This document shows positions 24,301 to 33,932 of a stretch of DNA of 64,000 nucleotides, piece by piece. Location of the stretch: the NCBI GenBank assembly GCA_002633005.1, contig NMRA01000266.1, forward strand, positions 12,544-76,543. Reading direction: 5' to 3'. Both the position numbers and the translations under genes were made by a program. Position 1 is the first letter of the stretch. Each line of letters opens with the position of its first letter. Below the pieces are notes generated by a model. It worked only from the letters and a program-made list of their open reading frames with translations, did no database searches and was not told the origin of the DNA. Origin of the DNA: Phoronis australis. Taxonomy: Eukaryota; Animalia; Phoronida.

Positions 24301-27300
24301 ACAACAACCCTTACATGTGAAGTTGAGACAAAGTGTCGTCAGGGAAAAGGTCAACCCCCGTGATGTACACTATTGCTTCATGAAATCATTTTCTTACTGT
24401 CAACTGTCAAATCAAAAAAAGCATATTTCTCCGATTCCTTGAGGAATGAAAACACTGAACCTGTGCTTCAACATATTAAATGAAATTTTGTGAAAAGTGT
24501 CTCTGCAATTTTTCATAACCATAAAATACGGATGAGTTGAATGTACGATTCGTTTTACAACCCATATGCAAATTTTCATTACTACATACTCATGACAAGC
24601 TAATACGACCACACAACACACTTTTCAAAACAATGTCTTAATTCATCATTTTATAATACCAGCTGATAGTCCTGTTATTTTACGGTTATATGTTGCATAC
24701 TAATCTAAGACAAAGGACATTGCAATGAAATTGCGCAAATTCGCATGGCTAAAAATGCACCAACGCAGTCATGGATATAACTGATGGTGAAAGGCTGGAA
24801 TTAAGCTATAGCACAAAGTTAAGATCATTGCCGACAACAGCCATTGTATATATTCCTGTTCCAGGGATTTTCAAAAAGTACATGTGATTGTGAATTAAAT
24901 TGAGAACAGGTTTAAAACTTGCCCCCTTGCCTGTTAAGGTGGCACCAGATCCAAACTGTGCTCAACATACATGTATGAACAGCGCACAGAAGCATCACAA
25001 GACAGAGGAGTTATCATATGCAATAGTAGACGAAATAGATGTATAACCAGCATATAAAACGCCTTAGAATACAGTTCATCCGGTATGTCATTAATAAATA
25101 GTAGAAAAAGCAACGGTCCGACGACTGCCTTGCGGTACACCAGCGTTGACGTACCCAATTACCAATTCATCAGAAACAACTCTATCCACAGATGTGGTGC
25201 TTTTGCCTGGCAAAACCCCAAATTGAGCAGAATATAGTAAAGGGTGACTTATCAAGTGGTCATATACGGAAAATATATGATCGTTGTTCACTGCATTGCT
25301 GACAGTTACTAAACAATGTTTTATGTTAATCGTTTCAACGATCAATCTTGGTATGACACCGGCTAGTTCTAATAACATGGCCACTCACTGACTCCTATTC
25401 CATTTTGATAACAAAACTTTGTACACATGGTTGGTGTTAACAACGGCACTGTGAGATTGCAGGTTTTGAAATATTACCCTGGAGACGGTAGTCATACATT
25501 GGACAATTATGTGCCACTGAAAGATCAAACTCATAAAGACCGCAGGAGAACGGGAGTGCCGATACCGACAAATCCGACATGTCTTGATCTAAAATTGGAA
25601 ACGAGCCTACATAAACGAAAACGGTCATGTTGTACAGTAGTTTCTGTTAAATTCATATATCATGTATGACTTCTACTTTGGACAAATACAATTTCAATAA
25701 TCATGTAAAATGTTAACATGAACTTTCCAGCCCATGTGTAGTGTTTGCACGGAGGACAAAGTCAACTAAACAAATTGGTATAAAAAATATTTTAAAATGT
25801 CAAGCCATGCCTTGGGAACATCAAAAGTCAAAACTGGCGGATAAGATTGACATATAAAATTTCCACATACTAATAATTGTTTATGCTATCTTCTTCCAAA
25901 ACTCCCTTAGTTTTTCTTTCAAAATGTTCCAGTTTTATATGAGCAGCTATCAAAATACTTTTCACGACTTTTTTAGCAAAACATTGATAAGTAGCATAAG
26001 GAATACTTTGATATTATAGCTTTGCACTTTTGTGATGGAAGGACAATTCAATGTCATTCTATGATAGGAATTACAGTACAAGATGCCTCTGTGTACTCTT
26101 ACAGTGAATTAAATTGCCGTGATTAGTTTATTTGAGTAGGGCACGAATAAAGAACTCTCTGTGCTAGTGCGATCCATTTAAAGGTGACTGAGGTAATTCT
26201 GTTAACAGTGTGTTTCTCTTTACATAAAATGTAACTAATAAAACAATTTACTCAAAGCCACAGTCAATGTCCTCAATTGAATTAGGCGTTTTGCTCTCAT
26301 GAAAATGGTTTCATGGTATCAAAGATATTAGAGTTATCTTTGATGGTACTCCTTAAAGCAACAGGATTCTTTGCTGTTACCAATAAGAACATCAGAACAA
26401 TTGTCAACTTAATGAAATGACTGCCGGAGTTTTTGTGGTTGGCAGTCTCTAAAATTACACTTTCTAAACTGGCGCATGTACACATTGCCTGTGACGTCAG
26501 TTGGTAATTAAAATGCATTCCCGGATATTTACGAGATTGTTTTACGATAATATAGTCCCAAGCTAAACGGAGCAAAATGTAAATATCAGTAAGCTTCAAA
26601 CTCGAATCTGATTAGAACCTATTGTTTTAAATTATACTTTCTGGGCCCACGGTGGTTAATCAAAAACTTGGCGAGTGTTAAGAATTCTTTGAACTGTGCG
26701 TTGACAGAATTCCAATAAACAACTGTAACAAAACTCGGTAACCCTGTGGGTGCACCCCGAGCCAACGTCCAAGTCCGAGTTGTTACATAGTAGAAATCAA
26801 AGATGATCACTGTGTGGAAAAGATTGTCATCTACATTCCAGGTGTAATTCTTTGGACTCCATTTACGGACCAGCAGCGTGTTTCTAAAACCCACACACAC
26901 GTTGACTATGCTTCATGCAAGTTGGCAGGGGTTTAAAGGACCGCAACTATATAGGCACAGCAATGGAACCGTTTCCACCCAAAAATCACGCGCGTTGTCT
27001 TCTAAACTTACACGCATTATCAAGTTATTCGTAATGTACATGTATATAGAACGGATCTGGTAACTTCTCGCTAACTGATTGAGAGATTCAACAACGCTGA
27101 ATCATTGTATGGTAAGTGAAATTTCATGTGATGAGCAAGTAAGAAATATCCATCATCAATGAAGAAATCCATGTAGGCGTTTTACCAGATAGATATTGTT
27201 ATTGAAGACATGCAGAAGTGTTTCATCCGATGTTGTGCTAGGTAAAATGTTACCTAGCGTCACGTTATTTTCTGTTGACAATATTCTCAAATCTATACAA

Positions 27301-30300
27301 ATCGACTTAAATATGCTTTGAATGTTCACAAGCGCAAAAGACATAGCAACTTTATTTTACGATGTTGTCAGAAAAGAAACTGGAATGTGAAAAATAAAAA
27401 TGCACCAATATTGATAACAAAGACACAATGTTCTTTCGATCACCAGGTGACTAGTTGTCAAAATTAGCCGACAATAGAAAAAAAACGGGACAACCGGATT
27501 GAAAGGCGAGAGACCCGTATAAAAGCTATACAACTGTGTACATACCAAAATGTACGAAATTAAAGCGCTGCAACACACAAAATTAACCCGACAGCGTTTT
27601 TCGTGGAACGGAAGACACGGGTTCCGTAACACGCAAACACTCCTGAAGGCCTCTTTACTTTTTAGCGAATGGGATGTTGCGGTTGCCGGAAGAAAACATG
27701 AAACGTATACGGGAAAATAGAACTTTGGTGCATAGTTATATATCGATTTTGCATTGTGTCAAAACCGGGACATTTTGATGGCGGCAGGAAATAAATTAAA
27801 TCTGTGACACTCCGATAAGCGCAGCTTAACTTTCGGGTACACTGTGTCGGTAAGGCAAAATATCGGATTCTTTTACAGGGCAGAAATCTCATTGCTTGTA
27901 TTTAATTCATGGGTATAGGTACATGTAAATACTGCAGACACTTGGTATCTGCTACACAGAAATCGACGCCACAAAGCTGACGCATGGCCTGAACATGAGA
28001 CGTAAAACTACATTGTTTATTCAACAAAGTATTTGCCTTGGATGAATGATCAGGGGCACTTGACGACCCTCTCGCGTAGGTTTGGGGTCTAATTAGACTT
28101 TGGTTGAAGAAAACGACCAGTTTGAACTCCGACACAGAGCCTCTTGCCTGGTATTTTGTAGCAGTTTTCAACAAGACTCCTTATTTGTACAGTATTACCA
28201 AAAATGTTGTCTCACTAATAAAAAATGCAGCCAACGGCAAAGCTAAGAGTTTGGCAAAATGCAGTCAAGCTCGTCATTCGTATTTTTTGCGCAAACACCC
28301 CTATAAACTCGAGGTCTTTCAGGTTCAAGTTGCTGAACTTCAGCAAATGTAATATTTGACCATGAAAGAACATTCCGTATAAAACATGCGGCCAGCATGG
28401 TTCCATTCACAAGTGTGATAGTGAAGGCGTCTGGTGTCACTTTTGCTCAGTTAACATTAAAATAGCGTGTGGTGCACAAATATTTATGTCACTGAAACGG
28501 GCATCCACCAATCTATTTCAAGATTACGATTTTTAGGCCAAAAGTAAAAAGACATGACCTGCCTTGTTATTAAGTAAAATAATTATTCTCCAAAGTGGGT
28601 TTTAATACAAGAAGCAGATCATTTTTGATAAAATACTCTTGCTAAATGAATAAATCCTCATACTCAATGTATCACGTGACTGTTGTTTACAAAACTGTGG
28701 AATAAGGTTTATTGCAAGAGGTCGTTATATAAAAAATACGATATTCTTGAAACAAGTGAAGGAGACGACAGCGATACGAGATTGTGTTTCCTACAACTAA
28801 ACGCAGCACGCATCAGCAAGTCAGCCTGTGAACACATTTTAAACGGTCCACACACAGACCTTGGATTTACAGTGGACCAGGAATGAAGATCACCGCTCAT
28901 TTATGGGTTTTATAACCCTCCTCTTTTTCTACGGCTTAGTACAAGCAGAGTTCTGAAACCGTGAAATAATGACCTGTTCTTTCAAACGGCTGGAGTTAGA
29001 CCAATTCACGCCCTAATTTAACCCAATTATAAATTATATAAATCAAGTGATGATGGAGTTAAAAATAAGTCACAAAGTTATGCCTACGCAACTTTGTAAG
29101 TAATCCTTGTATTAGATTAAATACGACTAAAACCTTCGTAAATGTGGTGAGAAAATTGTGTACCTGTTGCCAACCATTTATAGCGTGGTTGGTACTACTT
29201 TAGCTAATTCTCCAATATTACGATCAGACAAGCGCCTTTGGTTTACAGAGTGTTCGAGAAGTTACATGCAGTAAAGAAGTGACACTTTCTAAAAGTCCAA
29301 GCAGGAGGCAGATCATGCTTGATGATATATTTATTATAAATGAATAATTCTTCCAAATCAAGGTTCGTTTAAAACACATTTATTGCAGTGTCAGCTTAAC
29401 ACCGAGTACAACACTCTTGCGGTACCTTGTTGACAGTACTGACGTCACATCCGCTTTCCTTGCACAGCAGTTTCACTACCTCCGTATGTCCACATGCAGA
29501 TGCCACGTGCAGCGGTGTGTCACCCCTCTACAGTAATTGAACAAAAATAGATAATGTTGATCAGCATTATACATAGTGAAGTGGGTGGGTAAATAGAGCG
29601 TCCCAATTTATAGTTTTGAAGTTCACAACTTCACCATCAATTGCTACACTTATGAAGAGGGTGGCTCAACACAGCGCGACTAAAATCTGATGCTTAAACT
29701 CGGACATAACAGGAGCGGCATTCTTTATATATTCGTCTGATGTGTGCTGGAGTAACGTGGTTGAAAAGATTGACGAGTTAGCGTTATATATTACATTACA
29801 GCGGCATTCATTTAGTAAGTGGTGCGAAAATACAAGTAAAGAACCGATTCATTGTAAAACTTTGTGTGACGTGAAAATTGTTTCTAATTACTTAAAGTCG
29901 CGTGCACGTCACGTCACGTGCGGTGGAATGCAAGGGAAAATGTCAATGTTTGAAACAAAATCATAATGGTAATTTTAAATTAAATTACAGAGTGGTTCAG
30001 CCTAGTCGTGTAAGTTGCGTTCAACTAAACAACCTGTGTGTCATTACTTACATTATCATGTACATCTACACTGGCCTTGTTGACCAACACCTCCACTGTG
30101 TCTGTATGACCCTCCCCTGCTGCCCAGTACAGCGGTGTCCAGCCCACCTATGTAATATATAATGGAGATGTGTGAATGGACGATCAACGTTTAGAGCTAA
30201 TTAACACACACGGGGGAAATTGGACTTGTATGGTGACATAAATGAAACAATACTGACCCCTCTAAGACGCTACAATACTTGTAATGATTTCAAGAATCAA

Positions 30301-33300
30301 GTGCTACAGATTTTAAAACGTTACAGAACATGTTACAACTCTACGCAGCTTTGGTTCTTCACCTAGAAAAGCAGACGACATATAACTTGTCATTGTTTTA
30401 GGACATTAAAATGTGAAAAATTATCAACAAAATTTGTTCCTAAACATTTTAACTCATCTGTTTGTTAACAACTAGTTCAACTAAACAACCTGTGTGTCAT
30501 TACTTACCCTATCACGTACATCTACACTGGCCTTGTTGGCCAACATCACCTTCACTGTGTCTGTATGACCCCACCGTGCTGCCACGTGCAGCGGTGTCCA
30601 GCCCCACTATGTAATATATAATGGAGATGTGTGAATGGACGATCAACGTTTAGAGTTAATTAACATACACGGGGGAAAGTGAACTTGTCAGGTGACATAA
30701 ATGAAACATTACTGACCCCTCTAAGACGCTACAATAATTTTAATTATATCAACCGGGAAATGATAAGTTTGCAACAAAGCAACACAAGTATCAACCAGTC
30801 AGCGCGGGTTTGGCAGTTTTCGAATGGAAAGCAGACGACATTTAATTTGACATTGTTTCGAGACATTAAAATGAGAAAAATATCAAAAAACTTTGTTATT
30901 AACAGTTTTTATCATCACTTGTGTAAACAACTAGTTCAACTAAACAACCTATGTGTCATTACTTACCCACCCACCACGTACATCTACACTGGCCTTGTTG
31001 GCCAACAACACCTCCACTGTGTCTGTATGACCACGCTCTGCTGCCTCGTGCAGCGGTGTCAGGCACAACTATGTAATATATAATGGAGATGTGTGAATGG
31101 ACAATCAACGTTTAGAGCTAATTAACATACACGGGGGAAAGTGAACTTGTAAGGTGACATAAATGAAACATAACGGACCCCTCTAAGACGCTACAATATG
31201 TGTTATGAATTCAGCCCTTAAGTGTTACAGGTAATTTTAAAACGTTGCATAAACAACAGAACATGTTGTAGACGTCGACTGCAAGAAATTACAGAGCGCC
31301 TCTATAACCTCTCCATGTTGTGTTTATGCAGCAGCTTACTGTCTTCCTGTTCAAAATAAGTTGTATTATTGCATGGACGTTTAGCTTAAAGAATAGAAAG
31401 GTATCAATTTAAGTCATCAACTTAATTATTGTTGACAGGATTCAAACCTCACTGTTTCTTAAGATGCAAGTTGTACCAGGTACAAACTGATGAATACGTT
31501 TGAAAATCACGAGGAATAAAACTTGTATCTACATAGAACATATTTACTTAGGCTTCAGACAGTATACAACTTCTATAACAACGATAACATTGTCTTAATT
31601 CTAATGTCGTCTCAAGTGGTTTCTATTACCCCGTCTTGCACGTCTACATCGGCCCCACCCTGCAACAGCACCCTCACCACCTCCGTCCTGCCCTCCAATG
31701 CTGCTATGCGAAGTGCTGTGTTGCCCTGCAGAAGCAATGAACAAGTTATAGCAAACTTCACAATCGCTAACTACATCATGAATCTTAATTACTTATCACG
31801 GAAACGTTGAAAAAAAATATTAATTTGCAAATAAAATTATCAAATTTACTCTCTGTGTACCAGGTAATATATCAGTCGTGTTAGAATAGATATCAGTTTT
31901 AAAGAACAAGATTACGTCGTTCTCGTAGTACATTTATTAGTGTCAATAAGAATTCTCACCGTGAAGACATGACATATTCTTTGCAAAATATGCAGCTTTT
32001 TATCAAACTATGCACACCTGGTTGTAGCTAACACAAGCTATCATTGTTATTGGCAAAACATGTCATTGATATTCACACTTAATAATCACCTCTAAGAGAA
32101 CAATTTCGTGAGAGTAAAATGTTCAATTCTATTTTTGTTTTTAACCAGCAAAACGGGGCGAAATCAACTTGCCGGAAAATCAGTTCTTTGCAGGAAATAA
32201 GATACAATAGACGACAATATTGAAGCCAGATGCCCAAAACATGCACTTTATCGGCTATACATGAATATTGCTATTATATGGATAAAACTGTGGGTCTACC
32301 CGAAACCAATCCAAGCTGGATGTAGCAATTGAAAACCATGGTTTAAATTATGAAGTCTACATGTAGTTTCAAGCAATAGGGAAATGCCACATTTTACTTA
32401 GGCCAGAAATCATTTCTAGATTTGCAAAAGAACATGGAATAAAGATACGAGAGGACTTCAATGCACGGTTAATATGACATCGGAACGGGATAACGGGGAA
32501 TCTGGTTGTGGTGTATATTACTACATAGGAACGCAGGCACGGGATTCAAAGACTGACAAGAGGTCAATAGCATCGAAAAAAGCTAAATTTTGCAAAATGT
32601 GCTGTTAAAGACTAAACCCTTATATACACTTTGAACACATGTTAAAGGATTTTACCAAAACTTTCTTTTTCTGGTGTGTAAAGTCAATTATGCAAACGTT
32701 ACCATTCCGACGCACATCCAAACAGTTTTAAATTATTCTGTGCAGAGACTTGAAAGTACGTCTAGACAGGCGAAGAGTTGCTTTTAAAATGCAGCACTTT
32801 GACACCCAGTTTTCACATGTACACGCGATAAATTGATACACTTGCCTCTTCATTGATACAATGTTACGCATATTTAAAGAAACATTTCCTGGTCACAAGG
32901 AACTGATTAAAGATACCATGCCCATTATCAACAAAATTGTTTGCATTTTGACTTACTGACACTCGTGTTGTTCCTTTTTTACACACAGACGTTCCGAAAC
33001 TTGTGTTTTGACAATGATACCTTGTTACTGACAGTTTGAGAAAATCGGCTTCTGTGCTGCCTATTAACATTTCGTTTTAGATAGTGCTATGGGTTTAAAT
33101 TAAGTCAAATTATGAGTGTCAAAAATTCCACTGCAACGGTACGAACACAACAGCGAAAAATTCAACGAAACATTAGCCTTAATTTGATGTTCCGTCACGA
33201 CTAGCCGACTTGACATGTACTTGAAGACAACGGTTACTTGGACACAAACACATGTAGGTAAAGGAATTTCAGTAAGTACAAAATACGATGAGTAATATCA

Positions 33301-33617
33301 AAATGAACTGAACAATACCAGATAGAATAATAACATCTCTCCCTAAATCAACAATATTATGCTGTAGACTACCTTGAAACATTCATTCGTTTGAAAACTA
33401 TTATCTAAATAAAATTTATAACACGTCATTGGTAATTAATGGGAACATCCTAGTACTAACAATGAGTTGCGCTTACGGCAGTCAATCTAATGATAGAAAA
33501 AAAATCTGGAAATCAATAAATAGACGTTTCTTTGTACGTGTCACTAAAATGTTAAAAACCTGATGGATATTTGTGAAAAACGTCCCCTGATGAAAATCAA
33601 GTACTTACTCTGTCCAT
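95..33617 (-). CDS. Multi-exon gene: two tandem ankyrin-repeat domains + linker + FAM111-like trypsin-type serine protease (3' end runs off the window)
   Basis: 15 exons joined through canonical AG/GT sites give one stop-free frame of about 558 aa within the window: 33609-33617, 31630-31725, 30967-31068, 30508-30606, 30052-30147, 29426-29527, 23743-23826, 23457-23552, 22653-22751, 18646-18744, 14921-15019, 9839-9937, 2311-2394, 1574-1856, 95-322. Phases are compatible throughout (0-0 for ankyrin exons, 0-1 linker, 1-1 protease). The model is manual and has no transcript support. Confidence 0.75.
390..1450 (+). mobile_element. Decayed 3' fragment of an L2/CR1-group LINE
   Basis: Broken frames read PILDYGSSVWG, MRFHLGVNRF, RSLLAQFRAGNLPL..ETGRY, LCLCC...DELHFVFACSLY (post-RT region and C-terminal Cys/His motif). 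AATAAA near 1440. Confidence 0.7.
1574..1856 (-). CDS. Exon: linker between the ankyrin region and the protease
   Basis: ttccAG acceptor and GTAATT donor. Open frame KQMDLKRDLKKLEQKYG...LYILDVDTRLS. Phase 0-1 fits both neighbouring exons. Confidence 0.7.
2311..2394 (-). CDS. Exon: ankyrin C-cap of module 2 (DKKTAHDVCGKLTSAGKDEVKKIKTMLK)
   Basis: 84 nt, tttacAG/GTACAC. TA.D motif of terminal ankyrin repeats. Paralogous to 23743-23826, including the flanks. Confidence 0.75.
3770..3867 (+). pseudogene. First exon of a THAP-domain (P/THAP9-type) transposase remnant
   Basis: MVKDVFCKAINCMNSSTKTPDVSFFRFPKDPER followed by a GTAAGT donor. CxxxxC...FFRFP is the THAP signature. No downstream transposase exons were seen. 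Confidence 0.7.
4539..4660 (+). mobile_element. tRNA-derived SINE head
   Basis: A-box TGGTGCAGTGG and B-box GAGTTCGACC, no complete cloverleaf, followed by a non-tRNA body. Confidence 0.55.
5561..5712 (+). mobile_element. About 150-bp MITE (possibly PIF/Harbinger-like)
   Basis: Imperfect TIR CGTTCAGTAACG(T/C)TAGGACCT. Inverted copy at 63068-63219 and a fragment near 54078. Confidence 0.65.
7958..8360 (-). mobile_element. Decayed THAP-bearing (Kolobok-like) transposon fragment within the tandem unit; copies at 11718-12120, 16762-17168, 20499-20906
   Basis: Broken frames give ..FFRFPSE.EVHWKWLV..LRVCGRH (THAP). Homologous to the element at 58730-59480. Confidence 0.55.
9839..9937 (-). CDS. 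Exon: single ankyrin repeat VRRTPLHQAAERGHTKMVELLLANHATVDVRDK
   Basis: 99 nt, phase 0-0, AG/GTAACT, TPLH..A..GH..V.LLL consensus. Confidence 0.85.
13447..14795. mobile_element. Kolobok-type MITE spanning the assembly gap
   Basis: About 160-bp TIRs starting AGGCGAAGGC, TTAA TSD (13443-13446/14796-14799). Empty site GACAACATTAATTTGAT in sister units (about 9705, 18513). Confidence 0.85.
13753..14504. other. Assembly gap (N run)
   Basis: 752 Ns. Confidence 1.
14921..15019 (-). CDS. Exon: single ankyrin repeat VGRTPLHQAAEHGHTKMVELLLAKKATVDVLDE
   Basis: 99 nt, phase 0-0, canonical splice sites, ankyrin consensus. Confidence 0.85.
18646..18744 (-). CDS. Exon: single ankyrin repeat VRRTPLHQAAERGHTKMVKLLLANKATVYVRDK
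   Basis: 99 nt, phase 0-0, canonical splice sites, ankyrin consensus. Confidence 0.85.
21152..22270. repeat. Nested palindromic (foldback) element
   Basis: Hairpin 21179-21296; long inverted arms about 21290-21760 vs 21885-22270; near-perfect central hairpin 21757-21850. Confidence 0.8.
22653..22751 (-). CDS. Exon: single ankyrin repeat DGQTPLHWAAERGHTQMVELLLANKASVDVLDK
   Basis: 99 nt, ttAG/GTAATT. Absent from the ORF track; translated by hand. Confidence 0.85.
23457..23552 (-). CDS. Exon: first (N-cap type) ankyrin repeat of module 2, GCTALHLAAEQGETEELRILLDRGGDVNARDR
   Basis: 96 nt, tttacAG/GTAATA. Paralogous to 31630-31725. Confidence 0.85.
23743..23826 (-). CDS. Exon: ankyrin C-cap of module 1 (EKMTAFDVCGRYCSESKDKFFRIKVLLQ)
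   Basis: 84 nt, tttacAG/GTAAAC. Paralogous to 2311-2394. Confidence 0.75.
24650..27830 (+). mobile_element. Heavily decayed Tx1/L1-like LINE in an intron; related sequence makes up much of the 3.7-kb tandem unit
   Basis: Remnant motifs in the expected order: KYYPGDG (K.PG.DG), NW (NWRP-like), EFLW, VTLWVHP (PLW.NP-like). In the unit copies: SLNENRVG..LLY and YFTECPQAQQI (zf-RVT-like). Clear nucleotide similarity to 8400-9700 and 10300-10650. Confidence 0.5.
25040..25400 (-). mobile_element. CR1/L2-type reverse transcriptase fragment
   Basis: AQFGVLPGKSTT, AGVPQGS and VGPLLFLLFINDIP motifs across frameshifts. Confidence 0.75.
29426..29527 (-). CDS. Exon: divergent ankyrin repeat RGDTPLHVASACGHTEVVKLLCKESGCDVSTVNK
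   Basis: 102 nt, gtAG/GTACCG, ankyrin consensus. Flanks are unrelated to those of the duplicated exons. Confidence 0.8.
30052..30147 (-). CDS. Exon: ankyrin repeat VGWTPLYWAAGEGHTDTVEVLVNKASVDVHDN
   Basis: 96 nt (one codon shorter than its paralogues, frame kept), AG/GTAAGT. Confidence 0.8.
30508..30606 (-). CDS. Exon: ankyrin repeat WGWTPLHVAARWGHTDTVKVMLANKASVDVRDR
   Basis: 99 nt, AG/GTAAGT. Confidence 0.85.
30967..31068 (-). CDS. Exon: ankyrin repeat LCLTPLHEAAERGHTDTVEVLLANKASVDVRGGW
   Basis: 102 nt, AG/GTAAGT. Confidence 0.8.
31630..31725 (-). CDS. Exon: first (N-cap type) ankyrin repeat of module 1, GNTALRIAALEGRTEVVRVLLQGGADVDVQDG
   Basis: 96 nt, ctgcAG/GTAATA, ankyrin consensus. 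Confidence 0.8.
33609..33617 (-). CDS. Putative initiation exon (Met-Asp-Arg)
   Basis: aaaATG GAC AGA|GTAAGT: A-rich start context and a consensus phase-0 donor; gives MDR-GNTAL. Only 9 coding nt, so tentative. Confidence 0.45.
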
Positions 33618-33661
33618 TTTAATAGTTTTGAGAAACAATTCTTGGGTTAGCAATACATCAG

Positions 33662-33669
33662 TGACGTCA
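33662..33669. promoter_or_regulatory. Perfect CRE/ATF palindrome TGACGTCA
   Basis: 45 nt upstream of the putative start codon. An 8-mer can occur by chance. Confidence 0.25.
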
Positions 33670-33932
33670 AGACTAGTGCATGAATTTTAAAGAACAAGAT
33701 AACGTCGTTCTCACGTACTTTTACATGTGCCATTGGTAGCAATTCCTAAACAAAGCTGTTTTTAAGAACCTACAGTTAGGTAATATTTACTCGTAGTGGT
33801 TAATTTGATAACCAACTTTCATCAACTGAACATCTAAAATATGTCTTAGATACGACCGGCCGCACGGCCATGACAAAAAATCTTTCTAATTTACGAACAA
33901 AGTTACGTCGTTCCCTTAAATTGGCGTCTAAT

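Larger units (their letters stand above)
30000..31260. repeat. Tandem triplication (about 457-bp period) of an ankyrin exon plus intron flanks
   Basis: Repeated flanks GTTCAACTAAACAACC(T)GTGTGTCATTACTTAC and ATGTAATATATAATGGAGATGTGTGAATGGAC. Exon spacing is 456 and 459 bp. Confidence 0.9.

Noticed and set aside
30000-31260. Diversity-generating retroelement (template/variable repeat) or CRISPR-like array
   Set aside because: The repeats are spliced exons with intron flanks. No copy has adenine-rich template codons at the variable sites, there is no intact RT or cas gene, and there is no short repeat-spacer pattern.
30679-31810. Plus-strand ORFs of 134 and 95 aa
   Set aside because: Antisense to ankyrin exons, with no recognisable motif.
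32379-32388. NF-kB-like site GGGAAATGCC (and an ISRE-like AGTTTCAGTTTT near 35378)
   Set aside because: Imperfect single matches are expected by chance and cannot support an immune-regulation claim.
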